A stretch of 64,000 nt of DNA from Antedon mediterranea (GCF_964355755.1 NC_092670.1:13936795-14000794), one strand, 5' to 3'; positions 11,001 through 24,231 are shown, counted from the stretch's first letter. Program-made: numbers and translations. The notes: generated by a model not told the origin, from the sequence alone.

Positions 11001-14000
11001 TCTATTTTGAAAAAGAGACAAAAATAGAAACGACGATATAATCCATAGCATACTATAAGGCACTGTTTAACCAAAAATGTGCCCTAAAGGCTATTATGTT
11101 AAATGCAACTCATGGAATGATGATTAGGCCTACAGAACCGTGAACAACAGAGGCTGAAAATGCCAAATATTAATCTAACGGGTTAAAACGCGCGGAAGTA
11201 CATGTTGACCAATTACAACACGAGGGGTCATCCGAATTTTCGCCTGTGGTTGGTCAACTCATTCATCCTAATGGGAAGCAAGCTTATAATTCATAACAAT
11301 TGTAATATCTTGTTGTGTTGATGTCAGTTATTTTAAATGCACGATATTCCCGACATCATGATATATTATGTAAATACTCCTTGTTTTATGCATATTTATT
11401 TCTGTAACGTATAATGATATTCAAATATTATGGCAATCATTCATATAAACAATAAACATTGAACTCGTGTTGCATTAATTATTAACAATGATAATATCAA
11501 TTATAGTACAAAGTGTATCAATTAAATTCCCGTACTCTATAGTAGGCCTATTATGAATGATATTATAGATACTATAATAGTACATGCACTTAGTAGGTTT
11601 AAACTGCAAAGGGGAATTTAACTAAAAATACTTTATTTTCTTTATCTAGGCAACTGTCGATAACAGTAGTAACATAAGCAAAAGCATAATGCAGGGTCAC
11701 ATGAGAAATTGTTATAATATACAATACCCTAATAAACATATGCCAGGATGCATATAAAATTATGGTTAACATCTAAGATACTTAACAGCATCATATACAA
11801 TACGGGGAAGTTAATTGTTTGAGCATGTAGCTGTATACTTTTATAGCTCCATGGTTAGAGGAAGAAATGGCGAACAGGCGCGTCTACAATCGAGAGTTGT
11901 ATATAATGTCATAATAATCGTTGGAGGCGCTAATTTCACTATGTTTATAGATTGGTGGGTAAAATAGAAATGAAGTATAACTAAAGAGGTAAATGAAAAA
12001 GAACAATAGTGAAACCTGCTGAAGTGCAGCAGAAAAAAGAAACGTATATTAGAATATAATTATTAGATAATTATTTGAAGATATGGAGTCGGTATTGAAA
12101 GAGATATTAATCGAAACGAATGTTCTCGTAGTGAAAAAAAGCAATTTTAATGTAAAAATGTAAGGAGGACAGGATACCAACAGAGAGAGAATGCCAACAT
12201 GAAAAAAAAAAACTATTGCCAAAAACAGATGGAAAAATTAGGTGCTATTGATCATGTCTGTAGGAAGAATTAATATTTCAAATTTAATCCCGGAGTCGCC
12301 CTTTAAGGGAGTATTCTGTATAAAGTTATACTATTATAATCTGTATTGTTTGTGCATGCTTAGAAATATGTATACAGTAGCCTTACATAATATGATTATT
12401 TCTTATCACAGCTGGGAAATCTTTTCTCGAGATACGTTTTCACGAATTGGACATTGATTTTACGTATCCAAATGCTGGATGTATGGAATGCAAAACTAGC
12501 CAAAAAGATAATAATTCTGATGTGTACAAAATTCGAAACATTTAGTATCATGCACTTCAGTGAAAAGTAACCTTATGACTATGTAGCACTATAGTTCAGA
12601 CGATAAATCTCATCGATATGTTTTTCCAATTTGGAAATTTCCAAATTACATTGTAATTTGTTTTATATTATTTATAAAGATAATTATGAAACTTGATATT
12701 GTTGTAAGTATGCGAGTCATGCCGGCTAACGGTATATTATAACACCAGTAATAAATCATAATGTGACTACAAGTTCGGCTCTAACGTAGACCTACTGATT
12801 AAAGGGGGTGATGATATCCCTGATGAGATCGAGGAGGATTAAAGAGATAGAAAATATATAAAATCTGAAATGTTCCGCTTTTTTTGGATGAGCATTTATA
12901 CGACCAATTTATTGCGTTACAACATACTGACAGTGGTAATGGGCGTAGAGAATATGTGGATAATTATGTAGTATGACTGTGGCAGATTTCATAGCAAATA
13001 AGAAGGCATAGAAATGACTCCGACAAAAATGTGTGCCTAAAAAGAGCATGTGTAAGGGCATGCTCCGGGTATTTTAACCCGGTACTTGCACAGGCGACTC
13101 AACGGTTCCTGGACAACCACACTAATCATTCAAAGGGACCACGGACTATTGTTAGGCCTGTTGATCAATGTATAGGCCTACCTATGCCCAGTTGCTACCA
13201 CGGTTGGAACCATAATAAATGGATATAGGTCTAAAGCATAATAAACAGCGTTTGGCGTCGATGGTTCCGAGCAAGGGGACCCTCCACTTATTGCCTCAAT
13301 ATCATTTTAACCTGGGCTTGCTAAAGCATACCAGGGAAGGGCTAACAATAAAAAACAGATGAGGAACGAGGAACAACTACGCAGTTCCAGTATACAGAAC
13401 GTAGTATTCAAAACACATTTCACATTCAGCTATTAGTAAAAGAAAATACATTAGAGGAACGAATATCATTAAAGTATTGATTTCTGATGTACATTACGAA
13501 TTCCTTCTAAGTGTACATTGTGCTATGATATAGGCCTAGAGAATGACTTACCTGTCACCATAGTCTCATGTCGTTTGATACAATCAACAATATATTCTTT
13601 CATCCATTCTTTATAAATAAAAATAAGTTGTTTCAGGCACGACCGATACAATATACAACACCAAAGCTTTTCTCTTAATAATTTTAAGAATTCCGCTCAT
13701 ACAATATACTGCATGGAATTTAAATTATATTATCAATATCAGCTCTTCAAACTGTTAGCAGATAACGCCGCCTAGTAGTGAGAGAGAGATACATTGACCA
13801 GTCGAGTCGCCGCATTATCAGGACAGACTGTCTAATGGCTACTAAAAAATTTTCTTTTGCGTGATATTTCATATAACGCGAGCATTTGATTCAATGAAAG
13901 AAGTTACGTATGAATATTTGATTTGAAGTAACAGACGGTTCATAAGGTTGTAACATTTTTAACCAACAAAATGTTTTGTCAGAAATTTACAGTAGGCTAC

Positions 14001-14040
14001 ATTAAAAGAAATAATTGTATTTATAATTGTATATATTATT

Positions 14041-14256
14041 GTTGATATAAAGTTTGCGGTACACCACGTGTATTAGTTCTGAAAAGAACTGTTGAGTTTC
14101 TCGACGTTTCGATCAATATCCATTCTCACTCCTGAGGGACGATCAAAGCATATTGATCGAAACGTCGAGCAACTCAACAGATCTTTCAGAACTAATACAC
14201 GTGGTGTACCGCAAACTTTATCAACATTTGATTTCGCCATACAAACCTTCAAACAA
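14041..14256 (+). mobile_element. Penelope-like element fragment with inverted arm and minimal hammerhead-ribozyme motif
   Basis: Arms 14041-14119 and 14150-14225 are inverted. Motif CTC-CTGAGGGA-C-GATCAA..TTGATC-GAAAC-GTC-GAG. A 13-bp direct repeat TGTATATATTATT lies at 14028-14040 and 14257-14269. Confidence 0.7.
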
Positions 14257-14346
14257 TGTATATATTATTATTATAAACATAATAAATTTAATTGAATAAA
14301 TAAATCGTGAGATGATTTAATAATATCTGGAAAAGACAAAAAGGTT

Positions 14347-14793
14347 ATGTGTGTGAAGTATTGGATACTGATGAAATAAATATGTGACGAACCTATAAGA
14401 TAAACAAAAAAAAAAGGGGAGAAAATAGTAATGGGTTCACAGAAAAACAAGACATACTACTTATCAAGTTTAGCAATTGAAAACAATTATCTGTCAAATC
14501 AATACTAATTCACTTTAAGCAATTAGTTAACGGAAGAAAATATCTTACTACAGTACTATACTCACGAAAGTACGAGTAGTACTTTAAAAATCGCACTTTT
14601 TACTCAATAGTGTCCAGATGGAGGAGGAGGAGAAAATGAGTAAGTCCTAGACTCGGGTACCCCGAGTAAAAAGAGACAGTATACCAGAATCCATACGGTA
14701 AAATGAAATATTTCTCTAAATGATGTACTCACAAAATAGAACTTGTAGGCATATCCGCACAAAAAGATAAATAAATAATTAGGCTTATCCGTA
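14347..14793. repeat. 447-bp block duplicated in tandem; the second copy (14794-15024 plus 22320-22537) is split by the EnSpm element
   Basis: Direct sequence identity apart from one A-run length; the empty site GAG-TA-GTACTTT has its TA at 14577-14578. Confidence 0.92.
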
Positions 14794-15169
14794 ATGTGTG
14801 TGAAGTATTGGATACTGATGAAATAAATATGTGACGAACCTATAAGATAAACAAAAAAAAAGGGGAGAAAATAGTAATGGGTTCACAGAAAAACAAGACA
14901 TACTACTTATCAAGTTTAGCAATTGAAAACAATTATCTGTCAAATCAATACTAATTCACTTTAAGCAATTAGTTAACGGAAGAAAATATCTTACTACAGT
15001 ACTATACTCACGAAAGTACGAGTACACAGCAAAATTTGAAATTCTAAGCAAGAAAAAAAAATCTTGTTTTAAGAAAAAATTCTTAAAATAAGTATTTTTT
15101 TTCTTGTCAAGATTTAAAATTACTTAAAACAAGAAATAATTTTCTAGAAAAGACACATTTTCTTAAATT

Positions 15170-16885
15170 AAGTTTTGCAATATTCTTGAAAATGCTTATT
15201 ACAAGAAATATTTTACTTAAAATAAGAAGTCAATATCATTCTCTTCTTATTAAGAATAGTTTTGCTTAAAACAAGATTTGAAAATACTTAATTTGAAAAG
15301 TATTTTACTTAAAATAAGAAATCTATATTATATTTATCCCTATCAAGAATAATTTTTCTTAAATCAAGATTGATGAATTATAAAAATTACTTAAAACAAT
15401 CAATATTTTTCTAGGTAAGACAAAGTTTCTTAAATTAGGTTTCGCAATAGTCTTGAAAATACTTGTTTTGAGAAATATTTTACTTAAAATAAGAAGTCAA
15501 TTTCACACTACCCTTATCAAGATTATTTTTACTTGAATCAAGATTCGCAATATTCTTGAAAATGCTTATTACAAGAAATATTTTACTTAAAATAAGAAGT
15601 CAATATCATTCTCTTCTTATTAAGAATAGTTTTGCTTAAAACAAGATTTGAAAATACTTAATTTGAAAAGTATTTTACTTAAAATAAGAAATCAATATTA
15701 TATTTATCCCTATCAAGAATAATTTTTCTTAAATCAAGATTGATGAATTCTAAAAATTACTTAAAACAATAAATATTTTTCTAGGTAAGACAAAGTTTCT
15801 TAAATTAGGTTTCGCAATATTCTTAAAAATACTTATTTTGAGAAATGTTTTACTTAAAATAAGAAGTCAATATCATACTATCTTATCAAGACTATTTTTG
15901 CTTAAATTGAGATTCGCAATATTTTAAAAAATACTTATTTTGAGAAATGTTTTACTTAAAATAAGAAGTCAATATCATACTATCTTATCAAGACTATTTT
16001 TACTTGAATCAAGATTCGCAATATTCTTAAAAATACTTATTTCGAGAAATGTTTTACTTAAAATAAGAAGTCAATATCATACTATCTTATCAAGACTATT
16101 TTTGCTTAAATTGAGATTCGCAATATTTAAAAAAATACTTATTTTGAAAAATGTTTTACTTAAAATAAGAAGTCAATATCATACTATCCTATCAAGACTA
16201 TTTTTGCTTGAATTCAGATTCGCAATATTCTGATTTTGAGAAATGTTTTACTTAAAATAAGAAGTCAATATCATACTATCTTATCAAGACTATTTTTACT
16301 TGAATCAAGATTCGCAATATTCTTAAAAATACTTATTTCGAGAAATGTTTTACTTAAAATAAGAAGTCAATATCATACTATCTTATCAAGACTATTTTTG
16401 CTTAAATTGAGATTCGCAATATTTAAAAAAATACTTATTTTGAAAAATGTTTTACTTAAAATAAGAAGTCAATATCATACTATCCTATCAAGACTATTTT
16501 TGCTTGAATTCAGATTCGCAATATTCTGATTTTGAGAAATGTTTTACTTAAAATAAGAAGTCAATATCATACTATCTTATCAAGACTATTTTTACTTGAA
16601 TCAAGATTCGCAATATTCTTTAAAATACTTATTTTGAGAAATGTTTTACTTACAATAAGAAGTCAATATCATACTATCTTATCAAGACTATTTTTGCTTA
16701 AATTGAGATTCGCAATATTTTTAAAAATACTTATTTTGAGAAATGTTTTACTTAAGATAAGAAGTCAATATCATACTACAGTATATCATATCAAGACTTT
16801 TTTGCTTGAATTGAAGTCAATTCTATTTTAATATTCTTAAAAATACTTATTTTGAGAAATGTTTTACTTAAAATAGATTGTCAAT
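15170..16885. repeat. Left subterminal array: ~102-bp unit with 296-bp higher-order repeat
   Basis: Unit TTTTACTTAAAATAAGAAGTCAATATCATACTATCTTATCAAGAC...; matching spurious ORF starts at 15940, 16236 and 16532. Confidence 0.9.
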
Positions 16886-17316
16886 ATCCTTATATTCACA
16901 CAACGGTAGAGCAGTTAGCACTTCAGTTTCAACTGATGAAAGAATCTGGGTAATCAAACTGTTTGTGCTTTGAATAATCGATTGCACTGCAACCTAAAGA
17001 AAATAATATTGATTTAATATTTTTTATATTCAAGTTTTAATATATTTAAAAACTAAGTTGTGCTTTAGTTGGGGAGCTATGCAGCCTAACAAAAAAAATG
17101 TTATTTGTAACAATGAAATTGGTCACAAAAAAATGCAACATAAACTTAGAGTGTATAATGCCTAGGCCTAGGCCTAGTACCCAAGTCCTATAGTTACTAT
17201 AGCTAATAGTCCTGTATAATAACAGTACCAGCAAGGCCTAGGAAATAGACGTATTTCTCTAATAAAAAATAGTTTAAAATGCATAATTGTTGTAATTTTA
17301 AAGCAAAATGGCTTAC

Positions 17317-17881
17317 CTGTGGAATCTTGTTTCTCTCCTTTAATTTTTGTAGAAAGAAATCAGCATTTTTTATACTATTATCTGCTTGTTCATCCTCTAG
17401 TTAGTAGGCCTTCTTGCTGAGCATCAACAAGATAATTAATATTAAACAATCATTAACAGTATAACAATACTAGAATTATCACTACTACTATCGTCAGTTG
17501 ATAACTCATCCCCGTTATAATAGTTTTTTTCTTCATTAACTTCGTCAGTCTCCTAGTCTAGGCCTAGTTCTACTTCATCCTCAATTGGCATCCTAGTTTT
17601 CTCCAGGCATACTTATATACTGATGTTTCCATCGTCAACTGCAGGAGGTTGCCGATTGTTATACTCGTCCTTAAAATGGCGTCTTATGACATGCTTGTAA
17701 AACGAATTGTAAATTCCAAAGCTTGCCGGGCAGCGAACCACCAATTCCACATGTTACTCGAAAATTCGGAGTATTTCCATGAATTGAATTATAATGCCTT
17801 AGCAAATAGGGTAGCAAATACTGTACCTACTTCAGTTTACTGGCACCAACTTATCGCTTTTTTTCGGACTGCAACAAACAT
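17317..17881 (-). pseudogene. Decayed N-terminal exon of the EnSpm transposase (C2H2-type zinc fingers, acidic linker)
   Basis: Manual translation LLRHYNSIHGNTPNFRVTCGIGG/frameshift/CPASFGIYNSFYKHVIRRH, then an acidic stretch and FFLQKLKERNKIPQ ending at a GTAAG donor. No catalytic exons follow. Confidence 0.7.
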
Positions 17882-18205
17882 GTGTCATTATTATTGTCTG
17901 TCGTATTACTGTTGGTCCAGACGTTTTATAGATTTACTTTAATCACCATGGAGGTTTATACCTCCATGCTTTAACGTTGAGCAGTATAATGACCTTATAC
18001 ATTCTGGGTAAAAGGCCAGCGATAAATTTTTGGTTATAGTTGAAAAACAACACTGTGTGGTCGATGACCTAGCTCCCGGCGGGATCATGGCCAACGGTTT
18101 TTTAAAGTAATCATTCAAAATCTAGAGTTTGTAAGTAAAAGACACCTTTCATCGCAATTTATTTATTAAATGCTTCAATAGGCCTAGTAAGATTAGTCTA
18201 ATATA

Positions 18206-20350
18206 ATGTCGAAGGAAGACGCTTTGTTGAAGATCCGAGAAATAGATGAAGAAGTGGCCAACATGTTACGCATTTTAACAGGTTCGTAGGCCTAATAATT
18301 ATATTTTAATCTGCCAGCAGTCTAGGCTAGGCCTAGCTAGCCTAGGCTCCTTCCTAGTTAGTAATACTGTAGGCCTGGAACTAGTAGGTCTAGGCTAGCC
18401 TACTATGCCTGTACTGACGGACAGGTGTATAGGTTTAGCTTAGCATTTTAGTTCAGACATTGACAGAGGGGACAAATATTGTCGGACCTATTTCAGCTAG
18501 GCTAGGCTAGGTATAAGGAAGGCCTAATAATAGATAATACAATTATAATGTAACAGTTATTTTGCAATGTAGCCATGAAATATCTACGAAGGATTATATT
18601 ATATACACATATTTCAATGAAAAATATAATGACATTTAAAAACACTTCTTTATATTTAATTAATTGTACACACTAAGTAATTCCCGAAGTGATCACATCG
18701 ATATTGAAACTTAATGTTTTTAACTCTAAATTTTTAAAAAAACATACTAAAAAAACAAACAAAAAACATACGTACTGCATAACTAAAATTGTTATATTAA
18801 ATTTCTTTTTAAAAAACTGTGTTATTTACAATATCTTAAATTATTTGTTAGGTAATTGAAGAAGTTCGAAGGATACTAATTATTACTAGGCAAAGAGGAA
18901 TGAAATACAAAAGAAAGCTTTTTAAAAAAGTGCTTAGCAAATTTTTCCAAAGAAGAGAATAATATAGTTTATTTTGGTATTTTAAAGAGAAACACCAGTC
19001 CTCCATCTGGTAAGTACAGTGTATGTTTTTGTACTTTTATCTATTCATAAATATTTTTATAATGGACCAATGGTAGTGAGGAAAATACGTGTACATATTG
19101 TGTACGTATTTTTAACAGCTTGGTTCGACTCAAGCTAGTGTCATGCACTCCTCCCTTTGACAACTAAAATTAAATAAATGACTTATGAATATTAATTTTT
19201 GACATATTAATGCTCTCCTGGCCAGCCCACCCTTTCCCCTTCCTTTTACATTGACCACCTACAAAACTGTAGGCTACATTATTAAAAATTTGAGCTACAG
19301 TATATCAAGTTTATGTCCATACATTATTCCACTCATTTAAATAAATTTATATAATATAATGTTTTCAATTTGTTATTTTTGGTTAGGTTCAAAGATAACC
19401 CATATGTTGTCAAATCTGTCAAACATATTTGTTGGGAAAAACTCATCAAAAAAAGTCTGCCGACCTTGAAGGTATTTAGTGTTTTTTTAAATTTAAAATA
19501 CAAGTAACATTATGTACATTAAAAAAAAATATCTTAAAGTGTTTTTTTAAAATCAAATTTATCTTAGCTTAAAATTCGAGGTATATACTATGTTTACAAT
19601 AATTTATTAAAATCAAACAATTAAACAAAATTTACATTTAATTGTATGATTGTTATTATAAACATTGATACAGAATAAAAACATCAATCAGGATTGAGCA
19701 CCGTTTTGCGTATTGTCTTCCTAAATAGTAATATTAAAAATAAATTTAGACCCTAATAATTTAACTAAAAATAATAGATACAGCCAGGCCTGTCTTTGGG
19801 ATCGGTATAAACAGGGCAAAGTTTGTGATTAAAAAGTTCAAATGCATATTCCACCCACCCTTATGTCTTATAATGTAAAATTATTCTTACCACCGTTCTA
19901 ATATTGCGTCATGTTTTTGTGTTTACCGCCCCAGATATAGGACTCTAAAACCACACCGTACCCAATTAGTTGATGATGTTACACATATTTTAAATACAGT
20001 AATAACTAAAACTATATTAATCTCTTTTCATTTTTAGGAACATGAATAAAGATCCAGAATCCTGGTCTTCACGCCGATCAGGTAATATGCCGGTATTGCT
20101 TTTGTACACAGAAATGGCCTACATTAAAGTTTAGCAAACAATTCTAACTACAAAGAAAGCAAAATTAGATGAGGCTCTAGTTACTCTCCTCTCCACTTTT
20201 TACCTTCTGGATTTCGATTATCCAAAATGAAAAGAAGTAGGCCTCACTATCCTTTAACAGTTAGTGATTTGTGATGAAAACACACCTGTACACTTGACAA
20301 AGGCTGTTGAATCATCATTAGTATACCTTAATAAATTTAAAGACACCTAA
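18206..20350 (+). pseudogene. Decayed multi-exon second (accessory) gene of the EnSpm element
   Basis: Start MSKEDALLKIREIDEEVANML. The last exon 20038-20350 reads ...LDEALVTLLSTFYLLDFDYPK*KEVGLTIL*QLV with stops, resembling the C-terminal motif of animal EnSpm accessory ORFs as recalled, not searched. Confidence 0.55.
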
Positions 20351-20799
20351 TAGTTTAAAGCCCAGGTGCGGGAGAAGAATTTTACGAAATTTGTATTTTA
20401 CCATTTTAATGTTTTTAAGTTTTCTTTTGATGGCATTTTATTATTAATAAAAACAAGTTTGTTTTAAAGAAGTTGTATATATTATTGTACCTAATGTCAT
20501 GTAAATTGTAGTTCTTAATGAAAATAACAGTATTGTTAATATTATGTTTTATAAAATTCTTGAATTTATTTGTTTAAGTAAAATATTTCTTAAAATGAGT
20601 ATTCATTTATCGTTCTTAAAATAAATTTTTAATGATTTATATTTTATAGAATTCTTGTTTCAAGCAATTTTTTTCCCAATATAAGTAAGAATTTACGAAT
20701 TTTAATTTGATAGAATTCTTGTTTCAAGCAATACTTTTCTTAAAATAAGTAAACATTTACTGGTTTTTATTTGATAGACTTCTTGTTTACTTATTTTAA

Positions 20800-22080
20800 A
20801 AAAAGTTTTGCTTGAAACAAGAATTCTACAAATAAAAATCGGAATATTCTTACTTATTTTAAGAAATATATTGCTTGAAACAAGAAAACTAAAAATATAA
20901 ATCGGAATATTCTTACTTATTTTAAGAAAAATATTGCTTAAAACAAGAATTCTAAAAAATACAAACCGGAATATTCTTACTTATTTTAAGAAAAATATTG
21001 CTTGAAACAAGAATTCTACAAATAAAAATCGGAATATTCTTACTTATTTTAAGAAATATATTGCTTGAAACAAGAATTCAAAAAATACAAATCGGAATAT
21101 TCTTACTTATTTTAAGAAAAATATTGCTTAAAACAAGAATTCAAAAAATACAAATCGGAATATTCTTACTTATTTTAAGAAAAATATTGCTTGAAACAAG
21201 AATTCAAAAAATACAAATCGGAATATTCTTACTTATTTTAAGAAAAATAATGCTTGAAACAAGAATTCAAAAAATACAAATCGGAATATTCTTACTTATT
21301 TTAAGAAATATATTCCTTGAAACAAGAATATTAAAATTAAAAATCGGAATATTCTTACTTATTTTAAGAAAAATATTGCTTAAAACAAGAATTCTAAAAA
21401 ATACAAATCGGAATATTCTTACTTATTTTAAGAAAAATATTGCTTGAAACAAGAATTCTACAAATAAAAATCGGAATATTCTTACTTATTTTAAGAAATA
21501 TTTTGCTTGAAACAAGAATTCAAAAAAATACAAATCGGAATATTCTTACTTATTTTAAGAAATATTTTGCTTGAAACAAGAATTAAAAAAATACAAATCG
21601 GAATATTCTTACTTATTTTAAGAAAACTATTGCTTGAAACAAGAATTCAAAAAATACAAATCGGAATATTCTTACTTATTTTAAGAAAAATATTGCTTGA
21701 AACAAGAATTCAAAAAATAAAAATCGGAATATTCTTACTTATTTTAAGAAATATCTTGCTTGAAACAAGAATTCAAAAAAATACAAATCGGAATATTCTT
21801 ACTTATTTTAAGAAAAATATTGCTTAAAACAAGAATTCTATAAAATACAAATCGGAATATTCTTACTTATTTTAAGAAATATATTGCTTGAAACAAGAAT
21901 TCTATAAAATACAAATCGGAATATTCTTACTTATTTTAAGAAATATATTGCTTGAAACAAGAATTCAAAAAAATACAAATCGGAATATTCTTACTTATTT
22001 TAAGAAAAATATTGCTTGAAACAAGAATTCTATTTTAAAAAATCGATAAATTGTTACTTATTTTAAGGCAGATACTGCTT
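20800..22080. repeat. Right subterminal array: ~63-bp unit, about 20 copies
   Basis: Unit TTGCTTGAAACAAGAATTCAAAAAATACAAATCGGAATATTCTTACTTATTTTAAGAAAAATA. Confidence 0.95.
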
Positions 22081-23122
22081 AAAACAAGAATGAAAAAAGC
22101 AATTAAATTCTTGGTAAGAATATTGTTCTTAAAGTATTATTTCTTGGTAAGAATAATTTTCTTGATAAGAATTTGTGTGATTCTTGTTAAGAATTTTACG
22201 ATTCTTGGTAAGCCAAAAAGTATTGAAATACGGACAAGTCAAAATTTACTTGTTTCAAGAAATATTTTGCTTGAAACAAGTTTTTTTTTTCTTAAAACAA
22301 GAATCAGAATTTTGCTGTGTAGTACTTTAAAAATCGCACTTTTTACTCAATAGTGTCCAGATGGAGGAGGAGGAGAAAATGAGTAAGTCCTAGACTCGGG
22401 TACCCCGAGTAAAAAGAGACAGTATACCAGAATCCATACGGTAAAATGAAATATTTCTCTAAATGATGTACTCACAAAATAGAACTTGTAGGCATATCCG
22501 CACAAAAAGATAAATAAATAATTAGGCTTATCCGTAAGGTAATCAATCTATTCATCAGTTACAGTTGCACCGTTCACTATCACGTTACATTTTCAGTATT
22601 TCGAGTGTTGCTTGGTTGTGCATTTCTTTCGTTTGCATTGGTACTATGAAGCAGACTATTAATATGGGCGTTAACTTTCTTGTCTGATGTTTAGAAATGT
22701 ATATTGTACATAGTTTGCATTATGGCACCGTTGCGCAACTTAATGTTCTTAACATACCTTACTCCACGACGACGATTCTCTAATTGAAAACAAAACCGCC
22801 CATTCTGTATTGAATAGTGGGACTAGTTCATCGTCATTTTAATTTCACATATAGGCTAATTTTTTTTTATAAATTGTCATAGTATATCTTACAAAAAATA
22901 AAAAAAACCGCTTTTGCTCAATTTTAAAAAATACGTATGGATATGAAAACGCAATAATTATGACGTATGGAAGGCAAACATGGTTTACCGTTTGAGATAG
23001 AAACTATACACAAAAACGGATGAAGGAATGTTTTTAAATCCTCGGAGCACAACATTGTTGAGAGCCGAGCATTATCGTATCGTACCAAGTTCCCATCTAT
23101 TAGTTACAGTAAGTTGTTTATT

Positions 23123-23279
23123 AAGCTTGGTTCCCACTGGGACACAACGCATACGTATACTGCGCAACGTGTGAACTGACCAATCACAATCGACAGTTTT
23201 CATGATCCATCGCGTCGTGATTGGTCAATGTAAGTTGTGAGCTTACGTCCTCTATTGCGTCCGAGTGGGAGTCAAGCTT
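23123..23279. mobile_element. MITE family A (TIR AAGCTTGGTTCCCACT), Harbinger-like
   Basis: TIRs plus internal palindrome TGACCAATCAC...GTGATTGGTCA; related copies occur elsewhere in the window. Confidence 0.7.
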
Positions 23280-24231
23280 TATAAGATAAATACAACACGA
23301 CTGGGTGACTAGATCCAACAAAATAAATTAATTTGCTAAAGAAGAAAACAATAAAGGTAAACCGAAAAAAACAAATTAATCAATTCGAGAAAATTAATCA
23401 GTGACTGATTGCAACAAAAAATAAATGTGTCGGCACACAACTTAGTTGACATGCAGGCTACGAGTCAATGTAAGCGCCAATATAAGTACAATATTTTACG
23501 ATAAAACACTAAAGTAATTTGAGAAGATGAAATTTGTCTTGTCATGAATCATTTGTCTGTCGTGTAAAGTGCAATGATGATGAATCTCTCGGAGTCATAG
23601 ACCTAAAATATGACGTGATACCGCGGGCCAGTGGGCGAATAGAAATGGGCGGCGAAAACACGTTCATAAAAAGCGACTGATATCTGGTATCTTTTAGTAG
23701 GCCTATTCATAAGGTTATATGTAGGAGGCATACTATATTGCATTCCAGTGGGCATTTGAAAAGACTTAACAATGGTTATGAGCGAATTAGTAGTCACAAT
23801 ATGTTACGCTGGATTCCCAATGTAATACCTTATCGCAAAAAGGGCGAACAAAAAGTATTGAAGTTAAACGGTGGCGATGAATTCACACACAAACCGTCTC
23901 GGTCACAAGCTTCTTTCATTGGATTTCATTTAAACAACTGTAGCAATAACATCCTAACCGTACGATGTAAACAGAAAGTTTTATTCCGACAAGGTCCCAA
24001 ACTGCGTCCCGTATGTTTCCGAAAGTTGTACTAGATTTTAATCTAAACTTAAAAAATATGTCACAAAATGATAAGTTTATATTTATTATGGGTGCAAATG
24101 ATCCCGATATCATCAAACCAGTGATGAAGTATGTATGTTCGGCGTTTGAAAGGCGCTCGACTATTCAGGCCTCCACCTGATACTGAGCGACCTTTATGCA
24201 ACATTGAATGCTTTTATGATTGCTTTTTCTT

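Larger units (their letters stand above)
15025..22319. mobile_element. 7295-bp non-autonomous EnSpm/CACTA (CMC) DNA transposon
   Basis: TIR CACAGCAAAATT...AATTTTGCTGTG. The 2-bp TA TSD (15023-24 and 22320-21) is confirmed by the adjacent empty site. Long subterminal repeat arrays flank two divergent decayed genes. Confidence 0.9.

Noticed and set aside
11001-11063. N-terminal extension of the GPCR given by the ORF track
   Set aside because: It starts at a non-ATG codon and corresponds to the intron pyrimidine tract and acceptor; the ATG at 11000 is preferred.
15940-21827. Repetitive Leu/Ile/Lys ORFs resembling leucine-rich repeat proteins
   Set aside because: They are translations of 102- and 63-bp subterminal repeats whose lengths are multiples of three, and they are broken by indels.
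20800-22080. CRISPR-like array
   Set aside because: The repeats are contiguous with no unique spacers, there are no cas genes, and the context is eukaryotic. The same applies to the 39-bp array at 33 kb.
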